A stretch of DNA of 64,000 nucleotides. It comes from an uncultured virus (IMG/VR IMGVR_UViG_3300045391_003788). Lineage: Duplodnaviria; Heunggongvirae; Uroviricota; Caudoviricetes. Each line of letters opens with the position of its first letter. Within the stretch, counting starts at the first letter, position 1. Shown piece after piece: positions 37,334-46,865 of the stretch. A model generated the notes under the pieces. It made no database searches and was not told the DNA's origin. It worked only from the letters and a program-made list of their open reading frames with translations. The position numbers and the translations under genes are program-made. The stretch lies in the IMG/VR virus record IMGVR_UViG_3300045391_003788. One strand, given 5' to 3'.

Positions 37334-39927
37334 ATGCCTGACAGCCCCGTTCCGTTTCGTCGGCGCACGCCGGAACAGGCCGCCGCGTTTCGGGCGCGCG
37401 CAGAGGCCCTCTGGCCCGCCGCCGGACCGCCCCGCAACCAAGATCGCTTCTTTGTCCATCACGGGTGCCGTGCCGTCCGGACGGCGGCGAACCGGTGGAA
37501 GATCTTCGTGTACGGGGCCGAGGTGCACGAGGCATCCAGCAGACTCGACGCCATCGCCTGGATCGACCAGCACGGCCCGGACTTCACCGACGGCCCCGGG
37601 CCGATCTACCTCTTCGACGGAAGAAGCGGACCACCGGATGAGCCACCCGATGAGTCAACGGCCGAGTAGGCCTTTCCCCGCTCGGTATGAAGGCGTATGC
37701 ATGGGGTGCGCATTCGAGATCGGCGAAGGCGACAGCATCGTCATGTGGAACGGAGCGTCATATCACAATGACGCAGAGTGCTGCCGAGGTCTCCGCACCG
37801 AGGAACCGAATCGTGCGAATGGTACAAGTGAGGGCGAAATAGCAGATCCCTGGAGGTAATAGCGGTGACAATGACCGGTGATGACGTCGTGACCCCCGAC
37901 GTGATCAACCTGATGAAATTGGCAACCCGCGCGAACGCGGCGGCGATCCAGGCCGATGCGCTGCGGCAGATGGCGGACACCGCCCACGGGCACGCCCTGG
38001 AGTTGCGCGGCCTGGTGTTCGACATGCTCCCGGACGGCAGCCTGCTGTCCCGCCCGGGCACCGGCGACTTCGCCGAGCGCCGCGAGGGCCGGTGGGAGGT
38101 CAACGAGGGCTACCTGGCGGCGACCAACATCATCCGCACGGAGTACGTGCTGAGCGAATGGGCGATCCGCCGGATCGGGACAACCGTTGTCTGAGCACAC
38201 CACCTGGGGGGCGATCAACGAGAACGACGTGGTCGAGGGCCCCAACGGCTCACTGTGGTCGGTCCGCAAGATCGCCGAGGACGGGACCATCACCTGCCTG
38301 AACACGCTGTCCGGCAAGGTCGCCTCGTCCAAGCCGGAGGCCAGCAAGCCGGTGGTCCGGGTGGTCAAGGGCACCCACGCGCTGTCCACCTCCCGGGCCC
38401 TGGTCGCCGTCCAGTTGGGTGGAGAGGACATTGGCCACCGCAACGCGATGGGAGAGTGGCTCCAGCCGGTCGACTACACCCACCCGGGCGCGCTGATCAC
38501 GCACCTGATGCTGTTCCACGGGGTGTACGGAGGCGCCGTGGCGGGCCAGCCCCTTCCTGCGCTCGCGGCCCTGCACACGCACATCCATGAACCGGCGGAG
38601 CAATCCGGCGGATTCAAGGAGCATGTGCACGATCCTGAGTTCGAAAGGCGGGTCGCCGCGAACGAGTAGGGGATGAGCAGGAGGTCCAGGTGGCCGGGAA
38701 GTCCAGCAGCGCGTACCGCTCGGTGGGGGTCTGCCCGGCCACCGGAAAGCAACAGTTCGTCTCCAAGCGCGGCGCGAAGATGATGCGGCGGGTACTGCGG
38801 GGCGAATCCCTCGCGGTCTACGAATGTCAGTTCTGCGAGTACTGGCACCTCGGCCACCTGCCCGCCGCCATCATCTCCGGCGAACTCGGGAGAGACATTT
38901 ACCGGAATCACGCAACCATTTATGACTATCGGAGGAGTGAGGAATCGGAAGAATGAGTAATACATTCAGCAGCAGATTCGACGACCTGCTGTGGCCGATC
39001 GGCGACGACGGCCTGACCAAGCGCGAACGCCGGGCGCGGGCTCGGCACTACCGCGCCACGGCGGGCGCGAAGTCGACCCCGGAACAGATGGATGCGCTCG
39101 CTGAACGCATGAGATCTCGGATTGCCCCCCGAGAGGAGACGACAGCGGTGGACACGATTCCCATGGCCTTGCCCCGGCAGCCCCGGGGGGAGACCTTCAA
39201 CGCCCTGTGGATGAAGGTTGCGGAGATCCGGACCGGCCTGGACGCAATGGGGGTGAACTTCTCGGACATGGACGATGCCGTCCATTTCAACCACCTGCTG
39301 TCTCAGACCGAGCAACTCTTGAAGACATATCCGTACGGTCGGGAAGACCGACGGCTAGCCTGGGCGCAGGAATTGCTTCGGCTTTCCGCCCTAGCACTTT
39401 CCGCTTATGAACACGTCGCCTATAGGGAATAGGTGGAATGGAATGACTGGCAAGGCTCGGGATTTACTGGGGGAAGTACAGGACGTCATTGACACGTATG
39501 GCGTCTGGGACATCGAGTTCGTCATGGACGCCCTGCTGTACGACGGCAAGCGCTCCTCGTTCGAGCGGGCCCTCATGCGGCGGGGCGAACCGGGCATGCG
39601 CATCCTGCGCCGGATGACCGGACAGCGCTCCAAGGCCGAGATCTCTGCCCTAGCCTGTCCGAAGGGACGTCGGGACTGGCAGCGCGCCGAGGAGCGCCGT
39701 CGGTCCCGCCAGGCGGCCAGCCAAGGAGGCGAGGCGGCATGACAGGGGCTGTCTACCCCTACCGGTGTGGCACCTGCGGGTCGGCGAGCCTGGTCCTGTC
39801 CGGCCGGGCCAACGGCGGCTGGCAGGTGCACTGCATGGACGGCCACGAGATGGTCTCCGTGCCTGGCATCCAGATCCTCATCGCGGGGCCTGCAATTGTG
39901 GCGGATGTTGGATTCGAACCAACGTAG
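37334..39927 (+). CDS. operon of small hypothetical genes (37334-37669, ~37638-37859, 37865-38194, 38187-38669, 38690-38956, 38953-39432, ~39443-39742, 39739-39927)
   Basis: Closely packed co-oriented ORFs; several have CxxC / CxxCxxWH zinc motifs. Confidence 0.6.
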
Positions 39928-39980
39928 GCATTGCCGACGGTTTTACAGACCGCTCCCATTGTCCACTCGGGCAATCCGCC
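39899..39980 (-). tRNA. tRNA-Tyr(GTA)
   Basis: Cloverleaf; anticodon arm GCGGT-CTGTAAA-ACCGT; long variable arm. Confidence 0.92.
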
Positions 39981-39996
39981 TTGGATAAATTGTGCG

Positions 39997-40069
39997 TGGC
40001 CCCGGCAGGGATCGAACCTGCGCACTCTCACTTTTCAGGCGAGCGCTCTACCAACTGAGCCACAGGGCC
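39997..40069 (-). tRNA. tRNA-Phe(GAA)
   Basis: CTCGC-CTGAAAA-GTGAG; T loop GTTCGATCC. Confidence 0.92.
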
Positions 40070-40070
40070 G

Positions 40071-40144
40071 TCGGGACGGAGGGATTTGAACCCCCGACAT
40101 CTCGGCCCCCAGCCGAGTGCGCTGCCAGACTGCGCCACGTCCCG
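40071..40144 (-). tRNA. tRNA-Pro(GGG)
   Basis: CTCGG-CTGGGGG-CCGAG; CGGGACG acceptor strand. Confidence 0.9.
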
Positions 40145-40158
40145 GTCGATCGGTTGCG

Positions 40159-40231
40159 TGCCCCCGGAGAGATTCGAACTCCCGACCGGCGGAGTAGAAA
40201 TCCGCTGCTCTATCCGCTGAGCCACGGGGGC
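40159..40231 (-). tRNA. tRNA-Arg(TCT)
   Basis: GCGGA-TTTCTAC-TCCGC. Confidence 0.9.
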
Positions 40232-40237
40232 CATATG

Positions 40238-40310
40238 TGCCCCCGGCAGGATTCGAACCTGCGACCCACTGATTAAGAGTCAGTTGCTCTAACCGCTGAG
40301 CCACGGAGGC
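40238..40310 (-). tRNA. tRNA-Lys(CTT)
   Basis: ACTGA-CTCTTAA-TCAGT. Confidence 0.92.
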
Positions 40311-40589
40311 TTACTGATATCGGGCATTCTCTGGGTCGCGTCGCCACTGCCGTTTTTCCACCTGCCGAGACCGGTGGCGCAGGGGACGCTTCCCGCCCGG
40401 GGCGCACTTGCCGCAGTGCGCCTCGGCGTTGCCCTTCATGATGTTCGTCAGGCCGAGCATCTTCATGATCTTCTCCACCTTGCTATGCCGGTGGGGGGAC
40501 AACCCGGCCGACTCGGAGGCCTCTGCCAGGCTAGGCGGGGGATGCCATGTGCACAGACAGCGTCATCGACCCCCACCGGCATCCCCATG

Positions 40590-41153
40590 CTACGGCAGAC
40601 TGCTGACGTCGGCCGGGTCACTCCCCCATTCCTCGGCGAGGGCCGCCTGTCCGAGCAGTTCGGACAACGGGACGACCATGGTGCCGATCCCGGCCCGCTG
40701 GGCGGCCCGGATCGTCCACCAGGAGCCGCTACGGGCCACGCCAGCGGGCCAGCGCGGCAGCCCGACCACCATGTCCGGGCGGGTCCTCGGGATCGCGTCA
40801 GAGTTGCGCAGGCCGTTGAACGGCTCGCCGAGCAGGGCCAGGTTCCGGTCGAAGTAGGTCGTGCCGGACGGCATGAAGATCACTTCGACGTTCGGGTGGG
40901 CCCGCATCTCGGCGAGCCAGTCCAGGTCGACCTTCTGCCGGTTGCGGGGCACGATGATCCGCTGCCGGGCCTCGGGCTGGACCTCCAGCAGGGTGGTGGC
41001 CACGAACTGGTCCACGCCGATGCACGCCCCACTGATGTGCAGGTCGGCGTGGGCCAGTTCGACGATCTCCCGGACGGCGGGGGCTACCTCAGGCGGGATG
41101 TCCCGCGAGCCCGTCCAGGTTGCCACCCGCTGCCGGGGCGTCGCCTCCGTCAC
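40590..41153 (-). CDS. SLOG (DprA/YspA-like) family protein
   Basis: TGSR, SGACIGVD, YFDRN, SGSWWTIRAA. Confidence 0.75.
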   Translation of the reverse strand: MTEATPRQRVATWTGSRDIPPEVAPAVREIVELAHADLHISGACIGVDQFVATTLLEVQPEARQRIIVPRNRQKVDLDWLAEMRAHPNVEVIFMPSGTTYFDRNLALLGEPFNGLRNSDAIPRTRPDMVVGLPRWPAGVARSGSWWTIRAAQRAGIGTMVVPLSELLGQAALAEEWGSDPADVSSLP

Positions 41154-41532
41154 CGGAGGGGTCCCGCCGGACGAAGTTCATGACCAGGGCCGAGACCGCT
41201 GCGCCGAGGGCCGCGTAGCCGACTCGGTCCCAGTGGTCGTAGCCCCAGAAGTCGTAGGGGAGGGTGGTGAGCACCGACGCCGCCACGGCGGAGCCGATCC
41301 GATCGGTGTACTTCAGCCATGTCGAGGCGTCCTCCCGAGCCTGAAGACCTGCCACGTTCTTGATGAACGTCCAGACCGCAACGTACAGCGCCGCCAGGGC
41401 GACCGAGGTCCAGTTGAACCCAGCGCCCGCCGTGGCGAGCGCTGCGAAAAGAGGAGCGAGCGCCTGGACCTCATTGTTGACCAGGCGCTCGCCCAGGTCG
41501 GCCCACCATGCAGAGTCATTGATATTCGCCAT
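41089..41532 (-). CDS. holin-like membrane protein
   Basis: Four hydrophobic helices with an internally duplicated ER/DR...W pattern. Confidence 0.5.
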   Translation of the reverse strand: MANINDSAWWADLGERLVNNEVQALAPLFAALATAGAGFNWTSVALAALYVAVWTFIKNVAGLQAREDASTWLKYTDRIGSAVAASVLTTLPYDFWGYDHWDRVGYAALGAAVSALVMNFVRRDPSGDGGDAPAAGGNLDGLAGHPA

Positions 41533-41845
41533 GCTCGTTATGGTGGTCGGTGAATAGCGACCGAGGACGGGATTCGCCGGAGAAATCGTCGTCGTCGTTG
41601 TCGCTGTAAATGACGTAGGCACCCCGGGTGTACAACTTGACGAAAATGCGAGTCATGTTGAACAGCCACGTTGCGAGTGCTGTCGTCACGGTGATGATCC
41701 CGGTGGCGACGGCCACGTCCAGCGTCGTGTTCGGAGCCGAACTCGCCCGTTCTGTGACGAGATCGACCGCGACGTCAGCCAGACAGGCAGCCACCACCAG
41801 GGCCACCATCCAGTTGAACAGGAAGAACAGCGGGCGCTTGCGCAT
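41516..41845 (-). CDS. membrane protein
   Basis: Two TM segments. Confidence 0.5.
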   Translation of the reverse strand: MRKRPLFFLFNWMVALVVAACLADVAVDLVTERASSAPNTTLDVAVATGIITVTTALATWLFNMTRIFVKLYTRGAYVIYSDNDDDDFSGESRPRSLFTDHHNEHGEYQ

Positions 41846-41847
41846 GA

Positions 41848-42843
41848 TCAGTTGCTGAACGCGACCACCGGCTGGTGCGCCGGAGCCGGTGTGGTCACCG
41901 TGCTGCCGTCGATGACCACGTCCGGCTGGGCCAGGGCGGCCTGGACCCCGCCGGAGTTGACCTGCGCACCGTTGAGCCCGACTGCCGGGTCGCCGGGGAG
42001 CCGGACGTAGTACGTCAGCGGGTCCCGGACGATGAACCGGGCCAGGGTCTCCCCGCGCAGGCTGGCCGTGAAGCAGCGCAGCGTGCCGAAGAACATGATC
42101 TCCGACTTCCGCTGACTGGCGATCATGCGACCGGCGTTCAGCGCCCAGGACGTCAGGGACAGGCGCGGGTCGCCGTAGCCCAGGTTCGCGCCGGAGCGCA
42201 GCCCCTCGAACCAGGCGTCAGCGGCGTTGCCGCTGGCGTTGTCCTGACCCCGGCCACGTGCCGGACCCAGACCGTTCCGCACGCACCAGCGGTTGATCAC
42301 GTAGCGGGCCGCCATGAACGGGGAGACGCCGCCACCGATCCGCTTGTAGATCTCGTAAGCGTCCGCGTAGTGGTCGTACAGGTCGTCGGCCAGGTCGTGT
42401 GCGGCCTCCTCGATGTCCGCCGGGGTCATGCCGTGGATGCGGTCGTTGGAGAACATCAGGCGGGATGCGGAGTTGTCGTAGGCGTGGATGAACTTGATGG
42501 CAGCGGCGAGGTTGACGGTGTTGGTGAACCCGCTGATGTGGAGGATGTCGGCGGCGGACCGGGACCGTCCCGTGTCGACCGCCTCGAAGAACTCCATCCC
42601 GTGGGTGACCAGCATCTCGACCGCCTGGTCCGCCTCGACGATGCCCGCGAGGCGATGCTGGCCGTCGACCAGTTGACCCGCCTCGTTGAAGGCGATGCCC
42701 TGGTGTGTGAGCCTCCACTTGCCGTCCTTGATGATCTTCGCCCACCGCCTCACGCGGGGGATGTTCATCGCGCGGTTCTTCTCGTTCTTGGTGAGCCACT
42801 CTGCCGCCATGGCGGGGGTGACTGTCATCTGTGTGGTCTGCAC
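41848..42843 (-). CDS. ParB-like (DGQHR) domain protein
   Basis: VTPAMAAEWL..N.KNR...GIAF...LVDGQHRL; promoter TTGACG-17-TATGGT at 42851-42879. Confidence 0.75.
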   Translation of the reverse strand: MQTTQMTVTPAMAAEWLTKNEKNRAMNIPRVRRWAKIIKDGKWRLTHQGIAFNEAGQLVDGQHRLAGIVEADQAVEMLVTHGMEFFEAVDTGRSRSAADILHISGFTNTVNLAAAIKFIHAYDNSASRLMFSNDRIHGMTPADIEEAAHDLADDLYDHYADAYEIYKRIGGGVSPFMAARYVINRWCVRNGLGPARGRGQDNASGNAADAWFEGLRSGANLGYGDPRLSLTSWALNAGRMIASQRKSEIMFFGTLRCFTASLRGETLARFIVRDPLTYYVRLPGDPAVGLNGAQVNSGGVQAALAQPDVVIDGSTVTTPAPAHQPVVAFSN

Positions 42844-42989
42844 GGTTCACACCATACACACCGGTCGACAAGTCGTCAACAAGTCGACTACATCATGGCG
42901 AGAGGATCTCCCCTCGTGCGCGCGCGCGAGGAGGTTGTCCGATCGAACTTCCCCTTGACGGTTGATTGTCGATCTGTTATGATGTACAC

Positions 42990-43142
42990 ATGTCTGACTT
43001 CTACAGCAGCGATGCCCCGCGCGACCGGATCGAGTCACCGTTCCTGGCCCTGGTCGCCGACGTCATCCTGTGGGCCGAGAAGATCTTCGCGGCGTTCCAG
43101 CGGCTGCTCCGCAAGGTGGCCGCCCTGCTCCATTCACGTTGA
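42990..43142 (+). CDS. 50-aa amphipathic protein (leaderless)
   Basis: TTGACG-17-TATGAT-6-ATG; MSDFYSSDAPRDRIESPFLALVADVILWAEKIFAAFQRLLRKVAALLHSR. Confidence 0.55.
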   Translation: MSDFYSSDAPRDRIESPFLALVADVILWAEKIFAAFQRLLRKVAALLHSR

Positions 43143-43173
43143 CAAGCCGTTGTCAACGTGGCATGTTGTCGAC

Positions 43174-43460
43174 GACTCCCCGGGTGCTGGATGGGACGGG
43201 GGGATCGGGGGTAGGCACCTGCTGACGGTCACGACGGCAGGTGCCTCTCCTCCTTGCAAGACGCTCGGGTCACACCGAGAGGGAGCGGATCATCGGCCGG
43301 GATCGCGGCTCCCCCTGGCACTCCCGATCGCATCGGCTGTTCGCAGCAGCCGTGGCATGGGCAGCGATCGGGTCGGGGAGCCGGACAGCCAGGTGAGAAC
43401 GCGGGCGATCCCGGCGGGCTGGTTGGCCGGGATTTGCTTACATCGCCCGCGTCGCTCTCC
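43174..43460 (+). ncRNA. candidate structured ncRNA
   Basis: Promoter TTGACA-17-CATGTT at 43139-43167; nested long stems; no credible ORF. Confidence 0.5.
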
Positions 43461-44240
43461 TCACCGCCAGGCGGCGGCCCAGGTCTGCGGACCGATCTTT
43501 CCGTCGACCTTCAGGTACTTGCGGGTCTGGAGGGCCCGGGTCGCGGCGGCGGTCAACGGACCGTACAGACCGTCGCCCTTCAGGCCGACCTTGGACTGCC
43601 AGACGGCCAGGTCACTGCGGTGACCGTAGTAGCCGGACACGCTCTCCATCGGCCCGGACCGGGGCCCGAAGTAGTACCCGGCGGGAAGCGGGAAGCGCGG
43701 CGGCATCGTGTCGTTGGCGCCGGTCTGGTGCGGCACCCGGACGTCCCAGTCGGCCGCCTGCCGGGTCAGGAAGACACCACAGCAGGTGGTGTTGAAGAAC
43801 TTCCGGTGCGGCTCGACGTCCCGTCCGGCACCCCGGCGGCGGACCTCGTCCACCAGCCACGCGAAGGCCGCCAGCGCCGCCGTGGAGGCGTTGGAGTCCC
43901 CATCGCCGCCCATCCAGCAGGCCGCCAGGTAGCGATCGTTCGCATCGTCCGTACCGTTCGCAGCACTCCGCACGCCCCACCCCCGGCCCACCATGACGGC
44001 GCCGTGGTTGCAGATCACCCAGTTGTAGGCCAGGTCGACCCAGCCCCGGGTCTCCATGTGGAACTGCTGCCACGCCCGCAGCCGGGCCCGGCACGCTGAG
44101 TGGTTCGACTCGTTCGTCAGCCGCTGCGCCTCACCGCCCCAGTGGATGGCCAGACCACCCCGGCCGGGCCAGATCCGGTTGCTGACCGAACGGGGCGGGA
44201 TCAGGCCGGTCAGGGTCCGCGACTCCACGGCGGTGACCAT
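43461..44240 (-). CDS. endolysin: N-acetylmuramoyl-L-alanine amidase + peptidoglycan-binding domain
   Basis: AIHW, HMETRGWVDLAYN, GRGW, PHRKFFNTTCCG; C-terminal DGLYGPLT / DGKIGPQTW. Confidence 0.9.
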   Translation of the reverse strand: MVTAVESRTLTGLIPPRSVSNRIWPGRGGLAIHWGGEAQRLTNESNHSACRARLRAWQQFHMETRGWVDLAYNWVICNHGAVMVGRGWGVRSAANGTDDANDRYLAACWMGGDGDSNASTAALAAFAWLVDEVRRRGAGRDVEPHRKFFNTTCCGVFLTRQAADWDVRVPHQTGANDTMPPRFPLPAGYYFGPRSGPMESVSGYYGHRSDLAVWQSKVGLKGDGLYGPLTAAATRALQTRKYLKVDGKIGPQTWAAAWR

Positions 44241-44431
44241 CAGGCCGCACCCCCATGGTCAGATACGCAGCCACACTCGTCCCCGGCGTCATCCGGTTCT
44301 CCCCGGTCGGCGCTCGGCGGCGGGGCGTCGTAGTCGGCGAAGATGTCCGGCGGGAGAGGGGTGGTGGGGGGAACGTCTGCCGGAGGGGCAACCGGCGATT
44401 CGCTCATGGTGGTTCTCCGATCAGTGCGCTT

Positions 44432-44749
44432 TCAGATCATCGGTTCGTGCCAGTCCTGGACGGGGATCGAGTTCAATCGGAGCAGGTCCGACAGATAGTC
44501 GTTACGACGACGGTACGCCTCGATCGCGATGTCCCGATGGCTTACCTGCATTTCCAGCGAGATGATCCGCAGGCGCAGGCTCTCGATGTCCTTTCGCATT
44601 CCCTCCATGAGAGAGTTCGCGGTCTTGATCGTGATGGACTCGGCGTCCGCCAGGGTCTTCTTCCGGTCATAGAAGGCGCGGATTGCCGCGACTAATGAAC
44701 CGCCCCCAAAAAGGCCGACGGCAATTTGAATAGTTGAATTCGTATCCAC
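44432..44749 (-). CDS. membrane-anchored coiled-coil protein (lysis region)
   Basis: N-terminal TM segment GLFGGGSLV followed by a coiled coil. Confidence 0.55.
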   Translation of the reverse strand: MDTNSTIQIAVGLFGGGSLVAAIRAFYDRKKTLADAESITIKTANSLMEGMRKDIESLRLRIISLEMQVSHRDIAIEAYRRRNDYLSDLLRLNSIPVQDWHEPMI

Positions 44750-44851
44750 GACGGCACCGGCTTTCCTGTGATGTGGCCAGGGGGCATCTGGCCACGTCAC
44801 GTATCTTCTCTGAATGCCCATGCCGTGCGTCATGATTCGTTGATCCAATAG

Positions 44852-45739
44852 TTAGAGTGCGCGAATGATGTAACGCAGGGCGAGGTACGGAGAAATCGTC
44901 GAGAATGCCGACGATGAACCGGTTGCGCCGGTGGTGCCGGACACCGTGTGAGTGTGGCCACCAGCACTCGCCGCCGTACCGGACAGGGTGTGGCTGTGGG
45001 CGTCCGAGCCGGTCGACCCGCCACCGGTCGAGGCCGTCGTGGTGCCACCGCCCGCCAAGATGTCCGACCGGCTGGATTGGTTACCGACGGAGTGGCTGTG
45101 GCTGTCGGACGTGGTGGAGCCCGACAGGGAGTGGCTGTGGCTGCCCTGAGAGTCGGAGGTGTCGGAGAACGAGTGGCTGTGGCTGGGCAGGTTGCCGCTG
45201 GCCAGCGTCGTGCTGGCGCTACCGCCGGTGGAGGCCAGCGTGTACGTGGAGCCGGAGCCGACTGCCATCCGGTCGACCATGTTCGGCAGGTTGAAGGTGG
45301 TCGTGCCGTTGCCCGCACCGTAGGTCGTGCCGATCACCGCGAACAACCGGGAGTAGGTCGTCCGGGACACCGCCGAACCGTCGCAGGCCAGCCACCCGGC
45401 GGGCGCACTGGAGGCCGCGTACGGGGTCACCGCGCCGACCGGAACGGTGCCGAATCCGCCGTCGAGGCGGCCGACAACGAGCATCACCGGGCCCTGCTGA
45501 AGAATGCTGACCCGATCGCCGACATTCAGCGAGGTGTCCTGCAACCGGTTGATCCAGGCGGTCCCGGAAATGTCGGTCTGAACCCGCCCGACCGTGGACA
45601 CCTCGATGGCTGTGACCTGCCCGACGCGCATGACAACGCTGGGTTCGCTGTTCTCCCCGCCGATCTGATCGGCCAGGTCCGCGATGGAGGTGCCATCACC
45701 GGACGGCCCCGCCGTCTCCGGCACTCCGTCGAGACCCAT
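44852..45739 (-). CDS. tail fibre protein with tail-collar domain
   Basis: PVGAVTPYA..APAGWLACDGSAVSRTTYSRLFAVIGTTYGAGNGTTTFNLP; HxH repeats. Confidence 0.88.
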   Translation of the reverse strand: MGLDGVPETAGPSGDGTSIADLADQIGGENSEPSVVMRVGQVTAIEVSTVGRVQTDISGTAWINRLQDTSLNVGDRVSILQQGPVMLVVGRLDGGFGTVPVGAVTPYAASSAPAGWLACDGSAVSRTTYSRLFAVIGTTYGAGNGTTTFNLPNMVDRMAVGSGSTYTLASTGGSASTTLASGNLPSHSHSFSDTSDSQGSHSHSLSGSTTSDSHSHSVGNQSSRSDILAGGGTTTASTGGGSTGSDAHSHTLSGTAASAGGHTHTVSGTTGATGSSSAFSTISPYLALRYIIRAL

Positions 45740-45755
45740 TCGTTATCTCATTTCT

Positions 45756-46856
45756 TTATGTGAGGGAAGTCCGAAGTTTCCACTGAATGGACCCCAGCCG
45801 CAGTGGTACGCGGCCTCCATAAATGGTCCACCGACCGGTCGTCTGGGAGCGCGGATCGACGATCGTCACGACGTCGCCGACCTCATGCCCAGGATGCCCG
45901 ATGGCGTCGAGAACGGCTTCTTGGCGCATCTTTGTGACCCGGGCAAGAATGGTCGCCGCCGCCGCGTCCGCCATTCCCTGGGTGGAGATGAGCGGCGATG
46001 TGAAGCCGTACGGTCGCTTTCCGAACGGGCCGAGGTAGTACGTCGGGGACGTCGGGTCGGTGTCCCACAGCACCGACCGGACCGGGTCGGAGTCGGGGTG
46101 CTCGCCCTTGACGATGACGCCGGAGTAGGTCTTGTCCGCCTTGATCGTCCGGCTGGCCTTCAGCAACAAGGAGTTGACCCCGGGGGCGTACTCCACGCCG
46201 GTGTCAGCCTCCTCGTTCGTGGCCACCACGAAAGTTCCGAGCGGATCGAAGTAGGCCACCATCGAGTCCGCCTCGGCGATCTTCGCGATGGCGTCCCAGG
46301 GGTCGGACAACTCGTCGAACACCACCTCGGTAGTGGTGTTGCCGGTGGTGGTGACACGGACCGGGCAGGTCAACCGGGAGGTGACAATCGCGCTGATCGC
46401 AGTCGACGTCGGGGTTCCGGCGGCCACGCGGTAGGGGGAGTCGAACCGGCGGGCCCGGACCGCGTCGACCCGATCGAAGGCCTTGACCCGAATGAAGGTG
46501 CCCGGTTCGTGCGCACTGACCTCGGGTTCGACGATCCCGAAGACACCCATCGGGACGTACTCCACGCTGGGCGTCCCGTCGGTGCCCACCACGGTCAGGC
46601 CCTTGTAGACCCGGATCTCGGTGCCCTTGGGGGCGAGCAGGTCCTTGGCGTCCGAGGGGGTCAAGGTGCCGTCCGGGTCGACCATCACCATGTCCAGCGA
46701 GCGCCGGACGGCGACCTCGTCGATATCCACACTGCCGTCGGTGACCACGTCCAGGGTGGTCACCACGGCATCGCTGTAGAGCACCTCGATCTTGGTCGAC
46801 CAGCGCCGGGTGCCGGACAGCAGGGCCGCGTCGAAGGCGTCAGAGGTCGGCCACAT
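45756..46856 (-). CDS. minor tail (hub/Tal-like) protein
   Basis: Position after the tail-tip gene; VPMGVFG and SPTYYLGPFGKRP motifs. Confidence 0.8.
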   Translation of the reverse strand: MWPTSDAFDAALLSGTRRWSTKIEVLYSDAVVTTLDVVTDGSVDIDEVAVRRSLDMVMVDPDGTLTPSDAKDLLAPKGTEIRVYKGLTVVGTDGTPSVEYVPMGVFGIVEPEVSAHEPGTFIRVKAFDRVDAVRARRFDSPYRVAAGTPTSTAISAIVTSRLTCPVRVTTTGNTTTEVVFDELSDPWDAIAKIAEADSMVAYFDPLGTFVVATNEEADTGVEYAPGVNSLLLKASRTIKADKTYSGVIVKGEHPDSDPVRSVLWDTDPTSPTYYLGPFGKRPYGFTSPLISTQGMADAAAATILARVTKMRQEAVLDAIGHPGHEVGDVVTIVDPRSQTTGRWTIYGGRVPLRLGSIQWKLRTSLT

Positions 46857-46865
46857 TTAGGCCCC

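Noticed and set aside
40159..40231. Amber suppressor reading (CTA in the loop)
   Set aside because: The 7-nt loop TTTCTAC centres on TCT, so it is tRNA-Arg.
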